A stretch of 64,000 bases of DNA from Candidatus Omnitrophota bacterium (GTDB lineage Bacteria > Omnitrophota > Gorgyraeia > Pluralincolimonadales > Pluralincolimonadaceae): contig JAZDOX010000038.1 of the NCBI GenBank assembly GCA_043798215.1, positions 5,659-69,658 on the forward strand, written 5' to 3'. How positions within the stretch are numbered: position 1 is the stretch's first letter; every line of letters starts with the position of its first letter. The notes under the pieces were generated by a model. It did no database searches and was not told the DNA's origin. It was given only the letters and a program-made list of their open reading frames with translations. This document shows positions 54,679 to 59,374 of the stretch, one piece after another. The position numbers were made by a program, and so were the translations under genes.

Positions 54679-54685
54679 CAATTAG

Positions 54686-54692
54686 CTCCCCC
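54686..54692 (-). promoter_or_regulatory. Shine-Dalgarno (GGGGGAG) for the giant ORF, 7-nt spacer to ATG
   Basis: Minus-strand sequence reads GGGGGAG-CTAATTG-ATG. An in-frame TAA sits immediately upstream of the ATG. Confidence 0.55.
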
Positions 54693-54891
54693 TATTTTAG
54701 CTTTTTGATATACTGAAAATAAAAGACAAAAAATGCGCCCGCCTTATTTTTAATTAAATAAGTGGGCTAAACCGAGATTAAACGCGCTATCTCCTCTTTT
54801 TTCAATAGTAATTTCTCCTTTAAAAGATAATCATTTACATAATATTAATATAAAATTCACAAAGAATTAACGATTCTTTATTGACTTTTTA

Positions 54892-54920
54892 AGCATACAG
54901 TATAAGCTTATTTATGTCAA
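54892..54920 (-). promoter_or_regulatory. Candidate sigma70-like promoter for the giant ORF (TTGACA, 17-nt spacer, TATGCT)
   Basis: Minus-strand TTGACA at 54920..54915. A 17-nt spacer precedes TATGCT at 54897..54892, which matches TATAAT at 4 of 6 positions and keeps T1, A2 and T6. This would give a roughly 200-nt 5' UTR. Confidence 0.3.
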
Positions 54921-55075
54921 GGGTAATTTTTTGTCTTTTTAAGGTAAAATCTGCTGTGGCGGGATTCGGCCCTGCCTGCCGGCAAGGTAGGGATTATTGT
55001 AATTTGAGAGCGTTGAAAAACCCTCAAAAAGCCGTTGTTCATATGGTAAAACTATGCTCTTGAATGTACTAAATT

Positions 55076-55156
55076 GGGACGCAGATAAACGCAGATTATC
55101 AGGATTTTTTAGACTTATCTGCGTAATCCCTATTTTCTGCGAAAATCTGCGTCCAG
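55076..55156. promoter_or_regulatory. Nested inverted-repeat element built from four ACGCAGAT(A/T)A / T(T/A)ATCTGCGT half-sites. Related ATCTGCG and GGGATT motifs recur at 54953..54975.
   Basis: GGGACGCAGAT (55076-86) pairs with ATCTGCGTCCA (55145-55). ACGCAGATTA (55090-99) pairs with TTATCTGCGT (55115-24). GACGCAGATAA (55079-89) matches TTATCTGCGTA (55115-25). The element lies in the divergent cinA / giant-gene intergenic region. Confidence 0.4.
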
Positions 55157-55254
55157 ACGGCCTTTTGCAATGCTCTCAATTTTTAAATTTATTTTTTTCA
55201 TATAACATATATTATAGGTTTGTCTATTTTTATGTCATTAAAATTGTCCTGTAG

Positions 55255-55274
55255 GGTTCAGGCCTGCCTGAACC
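55255..55274. promoter_or_regulatory. Perfect 8-bp stem / 4-nt loop hairpin (GGTTCAGG-CCTG-CCTGAACC). An imperfect GC-rich dyad follows at 55301..55319.
   Basis: Read directly from the sequence. Its function is unknown. A TATAAT hexamer abuts it at 55275..55280 but lacks a good -35. Confidence 0.3.
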
Positions 55275-55387
55275 TATAATTTAAACCAAATAGACAACGG
55301 GACGGGCAGGCCCGCCCCCTACACGTTTTCCATCAGCGCGCAGTTTTCAAGAATAAAGATTTTCGCCTGGAGCCGCACATTGAAAAT

Positions 55388-55416
55388 TTGACAGTAAGTC
55401 TCTCCTGAACTATAAT
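55388..55416 (+). promoter_or_regulatory. Consensus sigma70 promoter (TTGACA-17 nt-TATAAT) for cinA. The predicted TSS falls at or next to the ATG, so the mRNA would be leaderless.
   Basis: TTGACA at 55388..55393. A 17-nt spacer precedes TATAAT at 55411..55416. The ATG is at 55424, 7 nt after the -10. No Shine-Dalgarno lies between them. Confidence 0.55.
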
Positions 55417-55423
55417 GTTTTAA

Positions 55424-56746
55424 ATGGAAGCTGAAATAATCTCTATAGGAACCGAGATTCTTCTTGGGCAAATATTAAACACAAATCAACAATATCTCTC
55501 TTCGCGGCTTGCCGCGCTTGGAATTGACGTTTACCGCCATTCAACCGTCGGAGATAACCCTGAAAGGCTTATTTCCGCAATCCGGCAGGGCATTGAGCGT
55601 TCGGATATCGTAATTACTACCGGCGGATTGGGGCCTACGGTTGACGATATAACGCTTAAAGCTATTGCTTCCGCCTTCTCCAAAAAATTGATCTTTAATA
55701 AAGATCTCGCCGCGCAAATAAAAGCGCGCTTCGGAAGACAATGCGTTAATATGCCCAAAGAAAATCTGTGTCAGGCTTACGCGCCGGAAGACGCCGCGAT
55801 ATTAAAAAATAACGAGGGAACGGCGCCCGGTTTTATCATCGAGAAAAACGGCAAGATATTCATCGCCCTGCCCGGACCGCCGCGAGAACTCAAGCCGATG
55901 TTTGATAAATATGTCTTGGCATACCTTAAGAAAAAAACACGATCAGGCTGGATAATAAAAACCCGCGCCCTGAACATAACCGGTTTGCCCGAATCGGCCG
56001 TAGATAATAAAGTAGGAGACCTTCTGCGCGGCGCGCCGCCGGTTACAGTCGGAATATTCGCTTCCCCGTCTCTTGTCGAATTAAAGATAACCGCCAAAGC
56101 AAAAACCGAAAAACAGGCCAACGCGCTGATAGATAAGATGGATAAAAAAATTGCCGCGCGTTTAGGAGATTACATATTTGGGCGCGACAACGAGACTCTT
56201 GAAGGCGCCGTCGGGCAATTGTTAAAACGCTCTGGAAAAACACTCGCCGTAGCCGAATCCTTGACCGGCGGCCTAATCTCAAGCAGAATCACGGATGTGG
56301 CGGGAAGCTCGAAATATTTTATGATGGGCGGCGTAGCTTATTCAAATGAGACGAAGATCTCAAAACTTAAAATTCCCACGGGATTAATCAGGAAATACGG
56401 CGCCGTAAGCCGTGAGGCCGCGATTAAAATGGCGAAAAATGTGAGAGAGATCGTAGGAACCGATTACGGATTAAGCGTAACCGGAATCGCCGGACCTGAC
56501 GGCGCGACAAAAACCAAGCCGGTCGGGCTTGTCCATATCGCTGTCTCGACCCAAGAAGAAACAATCTGCCGGAAGTTCAATTTCATAGGCAGTCGAACGG
56601 TCATAAAATTCAACAGTTCTCAGGCCGCTCTCGATTTATTGAGAAAATATCTTACTGCTCAAAATAACAGATGTCATTCCCCGACTTGCAGACTGGGTCA
56701 CAATGTAGTTGCTCGATTTATCGAGCACAACATATCGGCCCAATAA
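55424..56746 (+). CDS. cinA: CinA family competence/damage-inducible protein (MoCF-binding N-domain plus CinA/PncC-like C-domain). The last roughly 30 codons derive from a repeat element.
   Basis: Translated MEAEIISIGTEILLGQILNTNQQYLSSRLAALGIDVYRHSTVGDNPERLISAIRQGIERSDIVITTGGLGPTVDDITLKAIA ... LAVAESLTGGLISSRITDVAGSSKYFMMGGVAYSNETK ... GLSVTGIAGPDGATKTKPVGLVHIAVS. The native-looking end ...ALDLLRKYL is followed by a tail TAQNNRCHSPTCRLGHNVVARFIEHNISAQ encoded by the 110-bp repeat. Confidence 0.85.
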   Translation: MEAEIISIGTEILLGQILNTNQQYLSSRLAALGIDVYRHSTVGDNPERLISAIRQGIERSDIVITTGGLGPTVDDITLKAIASAFSKKLIFNKDLAAQIKARFGRQCVNMPKENLCQAYAPEDAAILKNNEGTAPGFIIEKNGKIFIALPGPPRELKPMFDKYVLAYLKKKTRSGWIIKTRALNITGLPESAVDNKVGDLLRGAPPVTVGIFASPSLVELKITAKAKTEKQANALIDKMDKKIAARLGDYIFGRDNETLEGAVGQLLKRSGKTLAVAESLTGGLISSRITDVAGSSKYFMMGGVAYSNETKISKLKIPTGLIRKYGAVSREAAIKMAKNVREIVGTDYGLSVTGIAGPDGATKTKPVGLVHIAVSTQEETICRKFNFIGSRTVIKFNSSQAALDLLRKYLTAQNNRCHSPTCRLGHNVVARFIEHNISAQ

Positions 56747-56790
56747 ATTGGGCAGCTACAATATGTTGATCTATTTAGTCGAGAAAAAGG
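56681..56790. repeat. Copy 1 of a roughly 110-bp structured repeat element (MITE- or ncRNA-like). It overlaps the 3' end of cinA.
   Basis: About 85% identical to 59078..59187. Shared features are GTCATT(C/G)CCCGACTTG(C/G)AGACTG...CACAATGTAGTTGCTCGATTTATCGAGC (a GCTCGAtttATCGAGC hairpin) ... a G-C-C-C-(A/G)-A-T hairpin ... GCA(G/A)CTACAATAT. Confidence 0.6.
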
Positions 56791-56871
56791 GTTACGACCC
56801 AGTCTGCGAGCCGGACAATGACGATATAAGATTAAATCTCAAATACATAGAAGAAAGTGTTTTTACAAAAA

Positions 56872-57450
56872 ATGGAAGAATTGATCCGATCCTTTATTGC
56901 AATTGAATTAAGCTGGGAAACGCGCGATGAATTGTCGCGCCTTCAAGCCGCCCTCAAAAAGTTAAACGCCGACATAAAATGGGTTGAGCCGGATTCCATT
57001 CATCTTACCCTTAAATTTCTAGGCGAAGTTGATTCCTGTAAAATCAAAGAGGCGGAAGAAATCCTAAATGAAGCGGCAAGCGCTTTGCCGGGGCCGTTTA
57101 ATTTAAGATTGAGCGGCATAGGCGTTTTCCCAAGATCAAACTATCCTAAGGTAATATGGGCCGGCCTCGCCGAAGGAACAACCGAGACAACCCAATTAGC
57201 CCAAACGCTTGATAAAAAACTGCGAGATCTTGGATTTTCTTTGGAGACAAGGGAATTTCTTCCTCACATAACACTTGGCAGAGTAAGATCTTTACGCAAT
57301 AAGGACGATTTGATTAAAATGATAGACTCTACAAAATTTGAACCGGCCTCGATAACAAAAGTAGACCGCCTCACGCTCTTCAAAAGCCGGCTGACTGCGC
57401 AAGGCGCCGTTCATGCCCCCATCTTTACCGCTAAAATAAAAACCAGTTGA
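56872..57450 (+). CDS. thpR: RNA 2',3'-cyclic phosphodiesterase / 2'-5' RNA ligase (2H phosphoesterase, LigT/ThpR family)
   Basis: Two H-x-(T/S)-x motifs: SIHLTLKFLG and LPHITLGRV. The track ORF begins at a GTG at 56857. The ATG at 56872 (MEELIRSFIAIEL...) is the likelier start. The 3' end overlaps convergently with pgpA by about 40 nt. Confidence 0.8.
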   Translation: MEELIRSFIAIELSWETRDELSRLQAALKKLNADIKWVEPDSIHLTLKFLGEVDSCKIKEAEEILNEAASALPGPFNLRLSGIGVFPRSNYPKVIWAGLAEGTTETTQLAQTLDKKLRDLGFSLETREFLPHITLGRVRSLRNKDDLIKMIDSTKFEPASITKVDRLTLFKSRLTAQGAVHAPIFTAKIKTS

Positions 57451-57869
57451 GTGGTAAAATTCGCGTAAAGACCCGCGGCAATATCATCCAGGATAACGCC
57501 CCAGGGACTGGCGATCTTCTCTAATCTCTTAATGGGAAAAGGTTTGGTTATATCGAATAATCTAAATGCCGCGAAAGCCGTTAAGATAAAGACGGTTTTT
57601 TGCGGAATAAATAACAGCGCCGTCATCATTCCCGCCGCCTCGTCAATAACTATCCGCGCGGAGTCAGCTTTTCCAAATATCTTCTCCGCTTCGCTTACCA
57701 CAAAAAATTCGATCAGGATCAAACCTGCCAGACAGCTGAAATATAGCGCCGGCGGATCTTTAACAATAAAGTAAAAAATAAGCCCGCCCATAGAGCCGAT
57801 CGTGCCCGGCATAAGCGGCGCATATCCCAAATAAAAAAATGTGCTCAATATCCTTATAACCGTTTTCAC
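57411..57869 (-). CDS. pgpA: Phosphatidylglycerophosphatase A
   Basis: Translated ...VIRILSTFFYLGYAPLMPGTIGSMGGLIFYF...IVIDEAAGMMTALLF...FRLFDITKPFPIKRLEKIASPWGVILDDIAAGLYA. The likely start is the GTG at 57869..57867, which overlaps the pgsA TGA stop (GTGA). The longer ATG-initiated ORF reaching 57968 would overlap pgsA by about 100 nt. Confidence 0.75.
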   Translation of the reverse strand: MKTVIRILSTFFYLGYAPLMPGTIGSMGGLIFYFIVKDPPALYFSCLAGLILIEFFVVSEAEKIFGKADSARIVIDEAAGMMTALLFIPQKTVFILTAFAAFRLFDITKPFPIKRLEKIASPWGVILDDIAAGLYANFTTQLVFILAVKMGA

Positions 57870-58438
57870 GCAAATATCTTTCTGTTGCGCCAAAGAAACG
57901 AAACGCCTGAAATAAGCGTCAGAATAACGGCGATAAGGATAGAGATAAATATAAGATTCAAGACCCATCTTTCGGTCCCGTCATTCCAAAAGCTAAGATA
58001 TTTTGCGGCGTCCCTGAGCATCAAAAAAATAAGAACTATAAATATAGCTATCATCTGCGAGACCGTCTTATGCTTTCCCGCTTCCTCGGCCTCGATGACC
58101 CTGCCTCTCCCAAGCGCGAATATCCTTAAACCGGTTACCGCCGCTTCCCTCGTGATAATTATCACGACTGTCCATGCCGGAATAAGCCTTAACTCGACGA
58201 ACGCCAAAAAAGCGGCCAAAATAAGAATCTTGTCGGCAACCGGATCCATAAACTTCCCGAAATCGGTAATCTGGTTTCTTGTCCGAGCAAGATAGCCGTC
58301 AAGATAATCCGTCGCGCAAGCGGCGGAAAAAGTCAGAAAAGCCAGGAATTTCGCTCCTGTCCACCGCGCGAAAAGAAAATACATAAATACAAACGTTAAA
58401 ATAATTCTCGATATCGTAAGTTTATTTGATAAATTCAT
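57866..58438 (-). CDS. pgsA: CDP-diacylglycerol--glycerol-3-phosphate 3-phosphatidyltransferase
   Basis: Translated MNLSNKLTISRIILTFVF...ATDYLDGYLARTRNQITDFGKFMDPVADKILILAAF. The CDP-alcohol phosphatidyltransferase motif D-x2-DG-x2-AR-x8-G-x3-D-x3-D is present. Confidence 0.85.
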   Translation of the reverse strand: MNLSNKLTISRIILTFVFMYFLFARWTGAKFLAFLTFSAACATDYLDGYLARTRNQITDFGKFMDPVADKILILAAFLAFVELRLIPAWTVVIIITREAAVTGLRIFALGRGRVIEAEEAGKHKTVSQMIAIFIVLIFLMLRDAAKYLSFWNDGTERWVLNLIFISILIAVILTLISGVSFLWRNRKIFA

Positions 58439-58508
58439 CTTGGTATGAACCTGTTGCGAAATATCATTTTTTGCAATTTCCCGCCTTTATTATCCTAAAC
58501 ACAACAAT

Positions 58509-58606
58509 GTCATTCTGTGGCTTGACCACAGAATCCAGACATAAAAATAACTTTTAGCGTGACTGGATTCCCGCTAACAGATTGCGGGAATGACGTCTTG
58601 CAACTT
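58509..58606. repeat. REP-like palindromic units: A1 at 58509..58540 and A2 at 58561..58606. The consensus has CTGGATT and AATGAC flanks around a variable stem-loop.
   Basis: A1 is GTCATTCTGTGG-CTTGAC-CACAGAATCCAGAC. A2 is GACTGGATTCCCGC-TAACAGATT-GCGGGAATGACGTCTTGCAACTT. A2 is the reverse complement of 59208..59251. Confidence 0.5.
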
Positions 58607-58655
58607 AAAACAATTGAACTCATACAACTACTCGTGGTTCCGCGATACATTATTT

Positions 58656-59033
58656 TTAGTCTACAAGAAAATTGCTAAGAACGATGGATTTCAACCTTTC
58701 GAAATCAACGGGCTTTGTAACGTAGTCGCAACTTCCCGCGTCGGCGCATCTTCCGGATTCTTCGACATCCCAAATCGCGCTTACAATAACAACGGGAATA
58801 TTGGAATCAATCTCTTTAATCCGCTTGAGAGTCTCAAAGCCGCTCATCCCGGGCATCAATATATCCAGGATCACAAGCCCGGGTTTTTCAATCATAATTC
58901 TATGCAGGGCCTCTTCTCCCGACTGCGCCACTACTAATCTCCAGTTCTCGGCGCTTAATTTAATCGCTAATAACTCCAACTGTTGAACATCGTCGTCAAC
59001 TATTAAAACAGACCTTTTAGATTTTTCGTCCAT
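58656..59033 (-). CDS. Standalone response regulator receiver (REC, CheY-like) protein
   Basis: Translated MDEKSKRSVLIVDDDVQQLELLAIKLSAENWRLVVAQSGEEALHRIMIEKPGLVILDILMPGMSGFETLKRIKE...IPVVIVSA. It has the phospho-acceptor Asp context and lacks an output domain. A strong AAGGAGG Shine-Dalgarno sits 6 nt upstream. Confidence 0.85.
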   Translation of the reverse strand: MDEKSKRSVLIVDDDVQQLELLAIKLSAENWRLVVAQSGEEALHRIMIEKPGLVILDILMPGMSGFETLKRIKEIDSNIPVVIVSAIWDVEESGRCADAGSCDYVTKPVDFERLKSIVLSNFLVD

Positions 59034-59077
59034 TACCGCCCTCCTTGGTATTATCGTAACTCTTCGCCCATAAAATT

Positions 59078-59187
59078 GTCATTGCCCGACTTGGAGACTG
59101 TGCCACAATGTAGTTGCTCGATTTATCGAGCCTGATATGTTAGCCCGATGAATCGGGCAACTACAATATCTTGATGAATTTAGCTGG
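59078..59187. repeat. Copy 2 of the roughly 110-bp structured repeat element
   Basis: See copy 1. The internal hairpin GCCCAAtaaaTTGGGC (copy 1) becomes GCCCGAtgaaTCGGGC (copy 2). This is a compensatory A-T to G-C change that preserves pairing. Confidence 0.6.
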
Positions 59188-59207
59188 TGCAAGCGGTTTC
59201 ATAAGCC

Positions 59208-59305
59208 TCTTTGCTTCAAGTTGCAAGACGTCATTCCCCGATTTATTCGGGGAATCCAGTCATGCTATAAAATGTGATTCCGTGTCTGGATTACCCGCAC
59301 AGGGC
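59208..59305. repeat. REP-like palindromic units: B1 at 59208..59251 (inverted copy of A2) and B2 at 59274..59305
   Basis: B1 is AAGTTGCAAGACGTCATTCCCCGA-TTTAT-TCGGGGAATCCAGTC. B2 is GTCTGGATTACCCGC-ACAGG-GCGGGTAATGAC. The flanks are conserved and the stems covary. Confidence 0.5.
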
Positions 59306-59374
59306 GGGTAATGACTTATGAAACCGCTGGAGAATAACATTTAAAACTACTCGATCGTAACGCTCATTTATTAA

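Noticed and set aside
68-54664. About 150 plus-strand ORFs of 60-181 aa from the supplied track (e.g. 2911..3456, 19579..20064, 37838..38302, 53786..54283), plus scattered minus-strand off-frame ORFs (5520..5717, 13559..13858, 15497..15904, 24288..24569, 30389..30703)
   Set aside because: They are Ser/Leu/Ala-rich low-complexity translations. They are tiled, overlapping and frame-hopping, and lack Shine-Dalgarno sequences. They lie antisense to, or off-frame within, the continuous minus-strand giant ORF, whose translation is protein-like with recognisable enzyme motifs.
1-54678. Alternative explanation: a run of ordinary genes, or an alternative genetic code, mis-read as one ORF
   Set aside because: All sampled loci (more than 30) keep a single frame relative to the 54678 ATG. 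Domain junction regions scanned base by base (7201-8400, 4861-5160, 13501-13920, 34621-34920) contain no in-frame stop. Stop-codon reassignment would fragment standard-code ORFs, not fuse them. Isolated stops elsewhere cannot be excluded without a full scan.
54881-54906. Plus-strand TTGACT-14 nt-TATAAG
   Set aside because: The spacer is too short for sigma70, and it points toward cinA, which already has a consensus promoter 500 bp downstream.
55054-55254. Plus-strand 66-aa ORF in the cinA / giant-gene intergenic region
   Set aside because: It overlaps the inverted-repeat element and AT-rich promoter DNA. It has no RBS and a low-complexity FYY-rich product. It is most likely non-coding.
55275-55280. 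TATAAT hexamer immediately after the 55255-55274 hairpin
   Set aside because: No acceptable -35 at 16-18 nt spacing. No downstream plus-strand gene before the stronger 55388-55416 promoter. Noted only.
55531-56282. Four minus-strand ORFs (75, 66, 114 and 79 aa) inside cinA
   Set aside because: They are antisense to a well-supported cinA coding sequence. Compositionally odd (Arg/Ser-rich).
56709-56906. Plus-strand 65-aa ORF between cinA and thpR
   Set aside because: It starts inside the 110-bp repeat element and runs into the thpR start region in another frame. No RBS. Spurious.
57532-58295. Plus-strand ORFs 57532..57774 and 57885..58295
   Set aside because: They are antisense shadows of pgpA and pgsA.
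58590-59033. Plus-strand ORFs 58590..58937 and 58801..58986
   Set aside because: They are antisense to the response-regulator gene, which has a strong Shine-Dalgarno and canonical REC sequence.
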